A stretch of 64,000 bases of DNA from NCBI GenBank assembly GCA_041752595.1, contig JBGSWE010000007.1, positions 76,692 to 140,691 of the forward strand. Reading direction: 5' to 3'. The position numbers were made by a program, and so were the translations under genes. Positions 20,019 to 30,787 of the stretch are shown here, in pieces; the stretch's first letter is position 1; every line of letters starts with the position of its first letter. The stretch comes from Candidatus Saccharimonadales bacterium (GTDB taxonomy: Bacteria; Patescibacteriota; Saccharimonadia; Saccharimonadales; JACDBH01). The notes below the pieces were generated by a model. That model did not search any database. It was not told where the DNA came from and saw only the letters and a program-made list of their open reading frames with translations.

Positions 20019-21137
20019 CTATTCCCAGCGAAAAACTTTGAAAGCAATAAGATAAATTACCACAATCCACGCAGACATTACTGCAATTTGTGGGGACAGA
20101 TCTATTAAGCTTGCGTTTTCGGTAATTATTAGACGAACTGAATCAATTATAGGTGTTAGTGGGATGAATTTGGTGATGCTTTGTAATAAATCTGGCATCA
20201 AAAATGTCGGGAAGAATACGCCTGACAGGAAAAGCATCGGCAAGGTAACTAACTGAGCTAAGGGAGCGGCCTGGTTTTCATTCTTAGCCCAACCACCCAG
20301 TGCTAGTCCGATACCAAAAAGCATAACAGTACCAATAATTACAATGATTGCTAGATTAAAATAACTTCCACGCATATCCAAATCAAAGAATATTAGTGCG
20401 ACAACAAACATGAGAGCAACAGCTAATATACCGATAAAGGCGTTACTAATGACATTTCCGGTAAAGTATTGCCAAACCCTGAGAGTTGTAGTGTGGTAGC
20501 GCCTAAGCACGCCTTTTGTTTTTAATCTAGGAAACACTGTTGTTGGACCAAAAATGCCAAGACTTAGTAGTGTAAATCCTAAAATACCTGAAAAAGTATA
20601 ATCAAACTGAGTAAGTCCCTTTGTAGCCGTAGATTCTGCAACTACAGTAAAAGGGACCGCAGTTGGAATTAATTCGTTATTTATTTCCTTAAATATACCG
20701 TTCATAACTGATGCTAGAGTTTGGCCACTAGATTCATTCGATTGGTCATAAAGAATTTTTGCCTGACCACTAGGGTAAGGATTTTCTGGTTGAATTTCTC
20801 CAAATCCTGCTGGCAAAATAATTGTTGCCTCTAGCTGGCCACGGTTCATCTTTTCCTTTGCGTTGTCTAGGTCAGTTATTTCATCGTCCACCTCAAATAC
20901 TTCGTTTTCTTTAATCTGTTTTGAAAAATCTTTAGAAAATTCTGAACTAGATTCATTTAGAAGTGCCACCCTAAAACTGGGGCTATTGTTTCCGTTGAAA
21001 ATTGATCCAAATATAATTAAGAAAATAAGCGGAAACAAAAATACAAAGAAGATTGCAACCTTATCTCGGAAAAGACGTTTAACGTCTATTTTGATAAAAG
21101 TCGTAATGGGTAATAATTGCTTTTTAAAGTTACTCAT
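20019..21137 (-). CDS. ABC-2 type transporter permease
   Basis: N-terminal TM, large extracytoplasmic loop, 5 C-terminal TMs; directly downstream of ABC ATPase. Confidence 0.75.
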   Translation of the reverse strand: MSNFKKQLLPITTFIKIDVKRLFRDKVAIFFVFLFPLIFLIIFGSIFNGNNSPSFRVALLNESSSEFSKDFSKQIKENEVFEVDDEITDLDNAKEKMNRGQLEATIILPAGFGEIQPENPYPSGQAKILYDQSNESSGQTLASVMNGIFKEINNELIPTAVPFTVVAESTATKGLTQFDYTFSGILGFTLLSLGIFGPTTVFPRLKTKGVLRRYHTTTLRVWQYFTGNVISNAFIGILAVALMFVVALIFFDLDMRGSYFNLAIIVIIGTVMLFGIGLALGGWAKNENQAAPLAQLVTLPMLFLSGVFFPTFLMPDLLQSITKFIPLTPIIDSVRLIITENASLIDLSPQIAVMSAWIVVIYLIAFKVFRWE

Positions 21138-21139
21138 AA

Positions 21140-21898
21140 TTAATCCCTTAAGGCCTTACCTGTTAAATCTATGAAAACGTCTTCTAGGTTAGCCTGTTGG
21201 ACTTGTTGTTCCTTTTTGAAACCTCTTTTAAGCAAACTTTTAATCAGGTTCTTGGGTGTATCTAGGGCGATAATTTTGCCGTTGTCCATTACGGCTACTC
21301 GATCACAAAGCAGCTCAGCCTCGTCCATATAGTGGGTGGTCATGATAACTGTTACACCGCGGTCTCTAACTTCTTTAATTAAGCCCCAGAGATTACGGCG
21401 CGCTTGAGGATCAAGTCCAGTTGTAGGCTCATCCAAAAAAAACACCTTTGGGTTGTGAACTAACGCTGCAGCGATACTAAACCGCTGCCTTTGGCCACCA
21501 GAAAGCTGCTCTGGGTAGTTTTTGGCTTTTTCTTCAAGTTGGACATCGCGAAGAAATTTCATAGCATCAACTTTTTCGCCGTATGCGGCAGAGAAAAATT
21601 CTATAAGTTCTGTCAGTTTAGTTTTTTCTTCGAAGCTGGGTGTTTGTGGCTGTACGCCAATAAGAGCCTTTATTTCATTATTATTTTCGCTAATTTCTAT
21701 ACCATCCAGCTTAGCACTACCACCATCTATCTTTCTTAGTGTTTCAAGCATTTCAAGTGTAGTTGTTTTACCAGCTCCGTTAGGCCCTAAAATACCGAAT
21801 ATTTCGCCCTGTTTAACACTAAAACTAATGGAGTCTACTACTTTTTTATTGTCATAAATTTTAGTAAGATTTTTAACCTCTAGAATATTTTTAACCAT
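21140..21898 (-). CDS. ABC transporter ATP-binding protein
   Basis: Walker A GPNGAGKTT, signature LSGGQRQR, Walker B FLDEPTTGLD. Confidence 0.9.
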   Translation of the reverse strand: MVKNILEVKNLTKIYDNKKVVDSISFSVKQGEIFGILGPNGAGKTTTLEMLETLRKIDGGSAKLDGIEISENNNEIKALIGVQPQTPSFEEKTKLTELIEFFSAAYGEKVDAMKFLRDVQLEEKAKNYPEQLSGGQRQRFSIAAALVHNPKVFFLDEPTTGLDPQARRNLWGLIKEVRDRGVTVIMTTHYMDEAELLCDRVAVMDNGKIIALDTPKNLIKSLLKRGFKKEQQVQQANLEDVFIDLTGKALRD

Positions 21899-21944
21899 CT
21901 TATCTATATTCTAAGGTGTTATAGCAAAATAATAAAGTATCAAA

Positions 21945-21980
21945 TACAAAAAAGACCCCTATTAACGGGGTCTTTTAAAG
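21945..21980 (-). terminator. Rho-independent terminator of 65-aa gene
   Basis: On minus strand aagacccc-gttaata-ggggtctt followed by tttttt. Confidence 0.75.
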
Positions 21981-21994
21981 TTAAATAATTAAGA

Positions 21995-22192
21995 CTATCT
22001 AATGCGCTTTACAGTCAAGAAACCGTTGCGTGGGTTCTCGTTGACTTCCATACCTGATGGAAGATCTGTTGCTTCTGGGCGCTCGTCTTTACTGAAGTAG
22101 TAAATTGTTTGCTCTTTACCACCGCGTAGTACTACAGCCTTTGAATTTAGGTAGTAAGTTACACCCTTTGAATTTGTGTGCTTGTATGCCAT
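21995..22192 (-). CDS. small hypothetical protein (65 aa)
   Basis: Own terminator and upstream AT-rich promoter region. Confidence 0.45.
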   Translation of the reverse strand: MAYKHTNSKGVTYYLNSKAVVLRGGKEQTIYYFSKDERPEATDLPSGMEVNENPRNGFLTVKRIR

Positions 22193-22432
22193 TTTCGTTA
22201 TGACTCCCTCTCTTTAGCATTACTGATTGTATCCATAACATACGCTGAGCCTAAATTGTTTGTCAATAGGTTTTTGCTCTGTTTTATTAATGTCTAATAG
22301 GTCTAACAGGGGTGAAAGAAGTTAAATAATAAATTGTAAAAAAGTAATAATAAACAAAAATTTTACGAAGATATTGCCAATGTGCTCATGTTTAGGGTAA
22401 TATAGGCTTTGTAGTCATTTAAATATATAAAG

Positions 22433-23008
22433 GTGGAAGGGGTATTTGGGTTTATGGAATTTATGAACCGTAGCGGTCAACAACAGGCCGCTCCAACCGC
22501 TGCACCAGTGCAGCGACCCGCGCAAACAAGCGGCAATAAACAACGTGGTAAGGCACTAAGAATCGTGTCGGCGTTCTTACTAATTTCAGTTGGATTACTT
22601 GTAGCAGCTTTGGCTGTTTTTGTAGCAACTGGTGGATCTAAGAATGAAAATGAATACTTAAAAGATGATAAATTCCAGGCAGTATTCTTAGATGGTGGTC
22701 AAGTTTACTTTGGTAAAATTCGTGAATTAAATGATAAATTTATTTCTCTCGATAACATCTATTACCTGCGTGTTAACGAGCAGACTCAAGTTGATCCAAA
22801 TGCCAACCAACAAGATGCACAACAAGACATTAGCCTTGCTAAGCTAGGTTGTGAGCTTCATGGCCCTGAAGACAACATGATAATTACTCGCCAACAAGTT
22901 ACTTTCTGGGAGAACTTAAAAGACGATGGTCAAGTGACCAAGGCAATTGCCGAGTTCGTCAAACAAAACCCAGAAGGACAGAAGTGTACAACACCTGCTG
23001 CTCAGTAA
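22433..23008 (+). CDS. membrane-anchored hypothetical protein
   Basis: Q/A-rich N-terminus, single TM, extracytoplasmic domain with 2 Cys. Confidence 0.5.
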   Translation: MEGVFGFMEFMNRSGQQQAAPTAAPVQRPAQTSGNKQRGKALRIVSAFLLISVGLLVAALAVFVATGGSKNENEYLKDDKFQAVFLDGGQVYFGKIRELNDKFISLDNIYYLRVNEQTQVDPNANQQDAQQDISLAKLGCELHGPEDNMIITRQQVTFWENLKDDGQVTKAIAEFVKQNPEGQKCTTPAAQ

Positions 23009-23035
23009 TTTTAGCTAGCTAAATTAAAAATGCCT

Positions 23036-23066
23036 CCTCTCGCGGAGGCATTTTTAATTACTTATT
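23036..23066. terminator. bidirectional Rho-independent terminator
   Basis: aaaaa-tgcctcc-tctcgc-ggaggca-ttttt. Confidence 0.8.
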
Positions 23067-23071
23067 TATTA

Positions 23072-23695
23072 TTAATGATTGTTTCTTTTTAGTGTTGTCT
23101 TGATAACCGTCTGACTAATGAGGAAGAAGCCAAAAATAATAAACGATATAATAGCTGCTAACAGACTAAACCCGGCCAAATCAGGTGACCAACTAGGTGA
23201 AACAAAATCAAATTTATATATGTCATCTGGTATGTTTACTTCTGTTGTTGTTATGCCCTTAGAATCAACATATTCTTCGATGCATTCAAGTCTGTTTCGT
23301 CCTGAAAAACCGGTTGAAATCTGTTGTTCGCAGAAATTTTGCGCATCCGTGTAAATAGACTCATTTCCAATGTTTTGACTTGCCTTTTCTTCTATGACAA
23401 GGCGTTCATAACGATATTTTAGTTGAATAGGTGGCCTTATAGCATTATCCCCAGAAGTAAGATTGGTATTCATATGTGAATACACATACTCCCTTAGATC
23501 GGTAAGTGCCTTTTCAACATCTCCATTTTGTTCATCGGCAACAAATACTGCTTGCTTTAGCTCTATCATCCGCTGATTATTAGCTCTAAGTGCAAAGACA
23601 GAAATAAATAAAAGTAAGACTCCTGCAATAAAAAATCCCCAGTAAGGAACCTTTTTGCTAAGTGCAAGAAAGTTATTTAGTTTACGTTTATCCAT
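23072..23695 (-). CDS. hypothetical protein with N- and C-terminal TM segments
   Basis: ORF, hydropathy. Confidence 0.45.
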   Translation of the reverse strand: MDKRKLNNFLALSKKVPYWGFFIAGVLLLFISVFALRANNQRMIELKQAVFVADEQNGDVEKALTDLREYVYSHMNTNLTSGDNAIRPPIQLKYRYERLVIEEKASQNIGNESIYTDAQNFCEQQISTGFSGRNRLECIEEYVDSKGITTTEVNIPDDIYKFDFVSPSWSPDLAGFSLLAAIISFIIFGFFLISQTVIKTTLKRNNH

Positions 23696-23780
23696 GTGTT
23701 AATAGTACAGAGTAGTTGAGCTAGAGTACAGGACTGCTGCAGCTATGTACTTAGTGCTTTGTAGTTTGTACTATATAAAC

Positions 23781-25088
23781 ATGCATATTTTCTTTTCTGG
23801 AATTGGGGGCACGGGAATAGGCCCACTTGCTATAATTGCAAAACAAGCAGGCTATGAAGTTTCTGGGTCAGACAAACAAAGTAGTCAGTATATTGACTAC
23901 TTGAAAAAACAAGGTATTAACGATATATATATTGGCCAAACGAAAGAAGCCATAGTAGCTGAACATCGCAAAAGCCCTATTGACTGGTATGTCTTTTCTT
24001 CAGCGATTGAAAAAGAAAACCCAAATCATCCTGAACTACAGTTTGTTATGGAAAATAATATCAAAAACAGCAAACGCGATGCCCTTCTAACTCACATTAT
24101 CAAGGATAAGCAATTGAAACTTCTGGCTATTGCTGGAACACATGGTAAAACTACCACAACCGCGATGACGATTTACCTCATGAAGGCTTTAGAACTACCA
24201 ATAAGTTATTCTGTTGGGGCGAAGATAAGTTTTGGTGATATGGGTAGATACGATCCGCTAAGTGAATACTTTGTACTGGAGTGTGATGAGTTTGATAATA
24301 ATTTTTTAAGTTTTACGCCTTATAACGCAATGATCTGTGGAATTGGTTATGATCACCACGAAATTTACCCGACAGAAGATTCGTATCAAAACGCTTTTCG
24401 TGAATTCATTAGCAGAGGTGCTTGGAAAACAATGTGGTCAGTTGATTTTAAAAAGTTAAGGCTTGAAACTGATGCTACTTACATAATTATGGATGAAAAT
24501 AATCCAGAAATTAACAAGTTAACATTGGTAGGTGAAGTTAATCGAAAAGATGCCTGGCTTGCAATTGCGTCTGTGCAACAAATTACCAAATTACCCACCG
24601 AACAGCTTATAGCTATTATGAACAAATTCCCTGGCGTATCTAGAAGAATGGAAAAAATTAAAGATAATATATATAGTGATTACGCCCATACACCTGAGAA
24701 AATTCAAGGTGCAATACAAATAGGCCTTGAGACAGCCAATAATATGGGTAAGAAGCTTGTGGTAGTTTATGAACCCTTAACAAACCGTCGGATGCACCAC
24801 ACAAAAGAGCTTCACAGAGATATTTTTAATGGAGTTAGTAAATTATACTGGGTCCCTAGTTATCTGGCCCGTGAGGACCCAGAACAGACCATATTGACGC
24901 CTACAGACCTAATAGGCTTCTTGAACCCTGATATGCAAGCTATCGCTGTGTCGGCAGAGCTAAATGGTGACTTAAAAAAAGTAATTAAATCTCATAACAA
25001 ACAGGGGGATTTAGTGTTATGTCTCAGCGGCGGTGGTGGAAACTCGTTAGATGAGTGGCTCAGAAAACAATCTTGGGGCTGGTTTTAG
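23781..25088 (+). CDS. Mur ligase family, UDP-N-acetylmuramate:L-alanine (MurC) or Mpl-type ligase
   Basis: N-terminal Rossmann GIGGTGIGPLA...SGSD, P-loop AGTHGKTTTTAM; start placed at internal ATG 23781. Confidence 0.75.
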   Translation: MHIFFSGIGGTGIGPLAIIAKQAGYEVSGSDKQSSQYIDYLKKQGINDIYIGQTKEAIVAEHRKSPIDWYVFSSAIEKENPNHPELQFVMENNIKNSKRDALLTHIIKDKQLKLLAIAGTHGKTTTTAMTIYLMKALELPISYSVGAKISFGDMGRYDPLSEYFVLECDEFDNNFLSFTPYNAMICGIGYDHHEIYPTEDSYQNAFREFISRGAWKTMWSVDFKKLRLETDATYIIMDENNPEINKLTLVGEVNRKDAWLAIASVQQITKLPTEQLIAIMNKFPGVSRRMEKIKDNIYSDYAHTPEKIQGAIQIGLETANNMGKKLVVVYEPLTNRRMHHTKELHRDIFNGVSKLYWVPSYLAREDPEQTILTPTDLIGFLNPDMQAIAVSAELNGDLKKVIKSHNKQGDLVLCLSGGGGNSLDEWLRKQSWGWF

Positions 25089-25090
25089 TA

Positions 25091-26584
25091 TTAAAAAACG
25101 CCCACTAAAAGTAAAAAGGCGAAAATTAAAAATGCAATCAGCCAAGTTAACGGATTCATAGTACGGCGCACTAGCTGTTGTTTTATATAGTTTGTATCGG
25201 ATAAAACCTTACGCAAAGAGGGTTTTTGTTTTTTATTTTTTTGATCTGTTTGTTTGTTTGATTGAGAAGTTGTCGTGTTAGTGCTTGCACCAAATAGCAC
25301 AGTTGATCCAACGGTTGATGCAATAGCTTGATCATGATTTTTTTTAAGTAATAACTCTTGCTTTTGTTCTTTCTTAAACTCTTCGCCGTAAGCAAGTTCG
25401 GGATCTTGTATTAACTTGCCTGTTTTTTTATCAACTTCATATCTATGCCATGCACTAGTTTCTACCCTACGATCATTCGGAGCATGGTATGTTTCACTTT
25501 CTATAGCCTCTGAAGCTGTAATTCTTTCATCAGGGGTTACTGCTTTTTCGGTCTTTTGTTTTGAAGTTTCATTAGTGTTGTTATTAGTCGGTTTTTCAAA
25601 TTTTGCCGTAGTGGCTTGATAGGTATCGCCTTTTAATATAGCTTGTCGTTCTGTAATTTTTTCGTCCTGCTGTGAAATAGCCTCCTCAAGGTGTTTTTGA
25701 GTGCGCTCAACGGCTTTTAGCCTGTCTTGGGTATATATCTGCTCTGTGCTCATATTTGCGATTTCTGCGTCTCTTTGTTTGATAGCTTGCTCTGATTTGA
25801 GCTCTGCTTTTCTTTTGCCTCTCCTGCCAATCCACCAGCCAAATAAAGCGCCAGCAGCAACACCATTGCTGTTACCGCGTTTTCGGCCTTTGTGATACGC
25901 ATCATCTAGATCACGCTCTGTAATTGGTTTTGAAGTTTCTTGTGGTGTAGGGCTAGTTACTTCGGGTGATACATCCCTTTGGTTAGGATTAATCTTTTTA
26001 TGATAATCGGGCTCTGGTAGAGGTTCAGAATCTTCTTCTGATGGGGTGAAGGATTCTGGAGTTGATACTTCAACGCTTTCAATATTGGGATTATTTGTCT
26101 CTGTGGGTTGAGTATCCTCAGCTTGGTCTATTACTTCTGGGGGGTGATTGTCATTACTTTCAAACAAGTTAATATCGTCTGGTTCATTTTCACCCAATTC
26201 ATCAGTAGCTTCAATTTGACCTTCGATTAGCTCTTTAGGGTCTGTTTGCAGTCTTTCGATAACTAATTCGCCTTCCCCTTCTATCTCACCCTCGGTTATT
26301 TCGTGGCTAAATGCAATATCTTCGCCCTTATGCTCCGTATCATTTGAATCATCTTTATCAACTAAATCTTCTTCATTATCATTTTTATTTAAAAATAAAC
26401 TTTCTAGGGTTATTGGGGCATCTTTTTTAACATCAGCACCATCAACAATATCTGTAACTTCTGTTTTTTTTATCGGCAATGGTATTCTAGTCGTCTTCTT
26501 CTTCTTTTTTTTAGATACTTCTTTATCTCCAGATGAATCTGGAGGTATAGATGATTCAAATGGAGTGCCAGGTAAATATTCCAT
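25091..26584 (-). CDS. acidic low-complexity protein with C-terminal TM anchor
   Basis: D/E/T-rich, C-terminal hydrophobic helix. Confidence 0.45.
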   Translation of the reverse strand: MEYLPGTPFESSIPPDSSGDKEVSKKKKKKTTRIPLPIKKTEVTDIVDGADVKKDAPITLESLFLNKNDNEEDLVDKDDSNDTEHKGEDIAFSHEITEGEIEGEGELVIERLQTDPKELIEGQIEATDELGENEPDDINLFESNDNHPPEVIDQAEDTQPTETNNPNIESVEVSTPESFTPSEEDSEPLPEPDYHKKINPNQRDVSPEVTSPTPQETSKPITERDLDDAYHKGRKRGNSNGVAAGALFGWWIGRRGKRKAELKSEQAIKQRDAEIANMSTEQIYTQDRLKAVERTQKHLEEAISQQDEKITERQAILKGDTYQATTAKFEKPTNNNTNETSKQKTEKAVTPDERITASEAIESETYHAPNDRRVETSAWHRYEVDKKTGKLIQDPELAYGEEFKKEQKQELLLKKNHDQAIASTVGSTVLFGASTNTTTSQSNKQTDQKNKKQKPSLRKVLSDTNYIKQQLVRRTMNPLTWLIAFLIFAFLLLVGVF

Positions 26585-26647
26585 AAATTTTAAATTTAAC
26601 TAAAATATTATATAACTTTTAGCACTAAAAGACAATTATTATATCCG

Positions 26648-26983
26648 TTAGGAGGAAAGCGCGAAGTATGCAGCTATGGCTAATACGATAACAGTCGCAA
26701 CAACAAGACCAATTAATAACAGGTGGCTATCTTTATGTGGTACATCTGCTTGGTTGGGAATACCAGCGACTGGCGCAGCCTCTTGCGGAGCGACTGGCTG
26801 TGTTGGGGCTTCGATGGGTTGAATGCTTGTAGCTGACTGTTCGGGTGATGACTCAACGGCAACTGTAGGTTCAGCTTCAACTTCTGTAGCAGATACGGGT
26901 TGTGGATTGGTAATCGGTGCAGCATTAGAATCTACCATACCATCATTGTTTACGTCTGGTGTTGAGTTGTTTGATTGGTCCAT
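26648..26983 (-). CDS. small Pro/Gln-rich membrane-anchored protein
   Basis: C-terminal TM. Confidence 0.4.
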   Translation of the reverse strand: MDQSNNSTPDVNNDGMVDSNAAPITNPQPVSATEVEAEPTVAVESSPEQSATSIQPIEAPTQPVAPQEAAPVAGIPNQADVPHKDSHLLLIGLVVATVIVLAIAAYFALSS

Positions 26984-27141
26984 GTAGTGTCCTTAATTTA
27001 GTAGCTTAGCTTGAATTAATTTTTTATTAATATTCTACTTATTGTACAGCATAACCATTTTTCTTTAAATTGAATAGAAATTGTGCTGACATATATATAA
27101 ATCGGGAGGGCTAGGATTATTTATGATAATCTAAATCTATA

Positions 27142-27981
27142 ATGCTGATACGACTTGCTCGCCTCTTAAAACGTATGTTCGTTCTGTTTATTGGTATTTT
27201 GGTCGTATACCTCGCAGTTTGGCAATTCTTTCCGTTTTTTGAAAATCGAGTTAATTGGGCGGCAGCTCTATTTGCAACATATATTTTTACGGCATACTTT
27301 TTTATTCCAATACTAGTTCGTATTTTTAGATTATTTTATACACCAAAGCACTTTCCAACTTATTGCGTCACGCCAGATGGTTTTGCTAGTGATCCAGTCA
27401 ACATTGGACTTATAGGTACGAGACTTCAAATAAAGAACGCTATGGCAGAAGCAGGCTGGCACTTATCGGATAACAAAAATTTTAAGAGTATGTTAAAAGT
27501 TGCAAGGTCTATGTTAACTCGACAGCAATATAACAACGCACCTTTTAGTAGTTTATATCTTTTTGGTCGTAAACAAGACATAGGGTTCCAGAAGCCATTT
27601 GGTGATAGCCCATCATTAAGGCATCATGTTCGTTTCTGGGCCTGTAACCTGGATGGACCAGAAGCATTTCATCACCACGTTGCTTTTTGGGAGCGTTTAC
27701 ACCTACCTAATTCAGATTACTCCAGTAGACAACTTTGGGTAGGGGCTGCTAGTAGAGACGTAGGTATTATGCCAATCCGTCATAACGGACAACTTACTCA
27801 CATGATTGACCCCAACACCAATATTGAGCGTGATCTTATCGTCGAAGACTTACGTCAAAATCATACAGTTTCTGAAGTTATAACTATAAAAGCGCATGAA
27901 GGCATAAACGTACGAAATCGTGCACTAGGTGGTTTTCTTCATGCTGATGGCAAAGTACGAATTTGTATTTTAAAAGATTAG
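27142..27981 (+). CDS. hypothetical membrane protein (2 N-terminal TMs + soluble domain)
   Basis: ORF; no confident family. Confidence 0.45.
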   Translation: MLIRLARLLKRMFVLFIGILVVYLAVWQFFPFFENRVNWAAALFATYIFTAYFFIPILVRIFRLFYTPKHFPTYCVTPDGFASDPVNIGLIGTRLQIKNAMAEAGWHLSDNKNFKSMLKVARSMLTRQQYNNAPFSSLYLFGRKQDIGFQKPFGDSPSLRHHVRFWACNLDGPEAFHHHVAFWERLHLPNSDYSSRQLWVGAASRDVGIMPIRHNGQLTHMIDPNTNIERDLIVEDLRQNHTVSEVITIKAHEGINVRNRALGGFLHADGKVRICILKD

Positions 27982-30089
27982 TAGTTGTTGTTTCGATCTG
28001 TGCCAAGACTATCGGCAACTGATATTATTTTACGCGCCTCACCACTGTCTGTATTAACAACATAATCAGCTGTTTCCTTGCTATCTTTGACTCTGAATAC
28101 AACTACGTTATCATCAAGCCAATATATTGGTGTTTTTAAACCAATAATATTTGCAAGTTCACGGTCTTTTCGTGCAACTTTATCGTATACAAGCAGTACA
28201 CCCTTGTCGTCTCTTTTATCTACCCATAGGCTGAAATTATTATTATAATTATCGTAATAAAATCTGTTTGTTTGAGAGCTTGGCTGCTGACTGGGTATCG
28301 CTTTACTGCCACCGTTTAACGAAAAACTATACCAGCTTGATCCAATATTAATGTCTACAGCCTCATACGATGTTCTTTGCAGCTGAAATGCCTCGTTGGG
28401 TTCAAGAATAGTTTGGCGATCTTCTGCTAGAACATTAACCGAATAAACTCCTGGTGAAGTATCTTGTATAAAAGCATTGGACGGAGCGTATATCACCCTA
28501 TCTCCGACTATTAAAATATCATTAAATGCATTTGCGCTGGCAAGTTGTTTTGTATCGGCTATATTCTGCGAATTAACGCTGACTATTCTATGCCGCTCTG
28601 GATCGGTACCGTCGACATCATTAGCAATCTTAACGTATATTAATCTTCCAGTTTTTGACCAACCAATTATATTTATTTTTTCTGACTGATCAACTTTAAT
28701 TAGACTACCGCTAGATGTGTCGACAATATATAGCGTACTTAGCAAATAACCACTTGGGCTTGTTGCTCTCTCCCTAGTTGATACCAGTGCGGCAGTAGAT
28801 GATTTTTGATTAGGAACATAGGCAATGTCATCACGCTCAAGTCCCGTACCTTGTACTATCTTTTGCTCGTTTTTGCCGTCAATATCAATTGAATAAACAT
28901 CGTATTTTCCTGAACGTTTTGATACAAACGAATGCTTACGAGCCGAAACCATCTCAACACTTTGTACTTCTTTATTTGCTACATTAACGGAAACTTTTTC
29001 ATCTCTATAATTTTCAGAACTAATTAATATTTCTACTTGAGCATCATCATTTAAGTTTGCTGTATCTAGAGTTATAATTAGTTTTCCGTCCTTATCTGAA
29101 ATTGCGTTACCGTCTCCGGACGATGCTTGAGCACCCTCGATTGGTTTACCGCTTAAAAAATCTTTAATTATAAACGTATATTGAGCTCCAATTGCTTTTA
29201 TAGGAAATTCTCCGATGGGGTTACTGCCCCAGCCAATAGTAATTGATTTTTCTACCGATGAAAAAGCTCGTTTTTCTATAATTAGTTTTGTATCTCCGAG
29301 CGGTAGGTCGGTGAGTCGTGCTATTCCTTCTGAATCTGTTTCTGCTACAGACGTGCCGGCGCTTACAGAAACGTTTTTTAGTGGCAATTGAGTTTCACTA
29401 TCGATAACCTTAAGTGACATGGTTGATCGCACGCCCGATGTGTTTAACAAATAATATCTAGTTTGTGGCGTAAATCCTATTCCTGCCGTAATAAGTAAAG
29501 TAAATACAAATAACCCCCACCTAAAACTAGAATGAGAAAATAATCTAGCAATAAATGATCTTTTCTTAGGTGATTTAGCTATTTCAGTTAACTCACGATC
29601 TTCGTCCTCTGCTTCTAGAACCAGGTCGGCTTCTTGGGCTACTATATCTTCTATTGCCTTAACAGTAACAGGATCGTCAGGTATTCCGTCTTCATTAATG
29701 CTTATGTTTTCAATTACTTCATCATTAGGTTCAACATCAACTATTACTTCTTCGGTTTCATCTACTTTAATGCTGCTAACTTCTTCTATTTCGGGCACCT
29801 CGTCAGACGCTTGATCTTTGACCTCTGTATCATCTAAATTTAATGGCTCTAACTCTGGTGCCGTTTCATTCGAACTATCTTTAATAACATCGATCTTTAT
29901 ACCTTCACTAAGCGACTCTAGTTCTCTGTTGGTGTCTTCTGTAGCTGTTTTTAGATCCCTAGTTTCAGAATCCTTAATAATTTTAATAGAGCTCTTGCCT
30001 GTAGGTAGAGCCGTATATAAATCAGCAAATTTACCAATTTTGGTATTTTTTGCTTTCTCTTTAGGAGGAATTTCAGGAGCGCTATCCAT
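27978..30089 (-). CDS. large surface/secreted protein with beta-propeller-like and carboxypeptidase-regulatory-like repeats
   Basis: Acidic N-terminus, single TM, TolB-like repeat signatures (YDVYSIDIDGKN). Confidence 0.5.
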   Translation of the reverse strand: MDSAPEIPPKEKAKNTKIGKFADLYTALPTGKSSIKIIKDSETRDLKTATEDTNRELESLSEGIKIDVIKDSSNETAPELEPLNLDDTEVKDQASDEVPEIEEVSSIKVDETEEVIVDVEPNDEVIENISINEDGIPDDPVTVKAIEDIVAQEADLVLEAEDEDRELTEIAKSPKKRSFIARLFSHSSFRWGLFVFTLLITAGIGFTPQTRYYLLNTSGVRSTMSLKVIDSETQLPLKNVSVSAGTSVAETDSEGIARLTDLPLGDTKLIIEKRAFSSVEKSITIGWGSNPIGEFPIKAIGAQYTFIIKDFLSGKPIEGAQASSGDGNAISDKDGKLIITLDTANLNDDAQVEILISSENYRDEKVSVNVANKEVQSVEMVSARKHSFVSKRSGKYDVYSIDIDGKNEQKIVQGTGLERDDIAYVPNQKSSTAALVSTRERATSPSGYLLSTLYIVDTSSGSLIKVDQSEKINIIGWSKTGRLIYVKIANDVDGTDPERHRIVSVNSQNIADTKQLASANAFNDILIVGDRVIYAPSNAFIQDTSPGVYSVNVLAEDRQTILEPNEAFQLQRTSYEAVDINIGSSWYSFSLNGGSKAIPSQQPSSQTNRFYYDNYNNNFSLWVDKRDDKGVLLVYDKVARKDRELANIIGLKTPIYWLDDNVVVFRVKDSKETADYVVNTDSGEARKIISVADSLGTDRNNNY

Positions 30090-30143
30090 TATTACAAATT
30101 ATAACAAAGCATAACCTTTTATACCCCATGCTTAGATCTAGGG

Positions 30144-30578
30144 CTATTTACGCTTTTTAGCTGAGCTTTTTTTACGTTTGTTTGGAGATGATTTCTTTTT
30201 GGCAGTAGATTTGCTAGCTGGTTTTGTGCTGGAACTTGATTTTTTAACTGTTGCCTTCGACGGCGCAACTTCTGGAGTTGATTCTTCAATTGTTTCCTTA
30301 AGTAGTTTATAGAAAACATATCCACCAATTACAACTATTAATATAATCCCTACGATCCAGCTTGTTGGAAGGCCTTCATTAACAACATTAGTGCTGCCGC
30401 CACTAATAGGCTCACCGGTGGTTTCTACTGTTAGGTTTTCGGTTGATTCATTTAGTGAATTTGGTGGGGCGGTTTCTTGAAAATCAGAAGATTCATTTCC
30501 GCGGGGAGTTGATGTGTCTTGTGGGTTATCGCTGCCTTGAGCATTTTGCGTGTTGCTTTGTGGGTTACTTGAGTCCAA
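30144..30578 (-). CDS. membrane-anchored protein with Lys-rich C-terminal tail
   Basis: single TM, KKRK-rich tail. Confidence 0.4.
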   Translation of the reverse strand: MDSSNPQSNTQNAQGSDNPQDTSTPRGNESSDFQETAPPNSLNESTENLTVETTGEPISGGSTNVVNEGLPTSWIVGIILIVVIGGYVFYKLLKETIEESTPEVAPSKATVKKSSSSTKPASKSTAKKKSSPNKRKKSSAKKRK

Positions 30579-30787
30579 GGTATATCCTTATTAACTATTT
30601 AATGTTTATGCTTAGTTACATCATAACAAATTTTTATAATCGAATAAATATCATTTACATTCATAAGGTGTAGATATTTTAAGAACATAATGATTGTCGT
30701 GAAATTACCGTGAAATGTAGATGGAGCATCTATGAATCTGTGGCAAGCTGGTAATTTTGAAATCTCTTGATAATCCTTAAGTGCTAA

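Noticed and set aside
21491-21857. Two plus-strand ORFs (82 and 111 aa) inside ABC ATPase gene
   Set aside because: Antisense to a motif-complete ABC ATPase.
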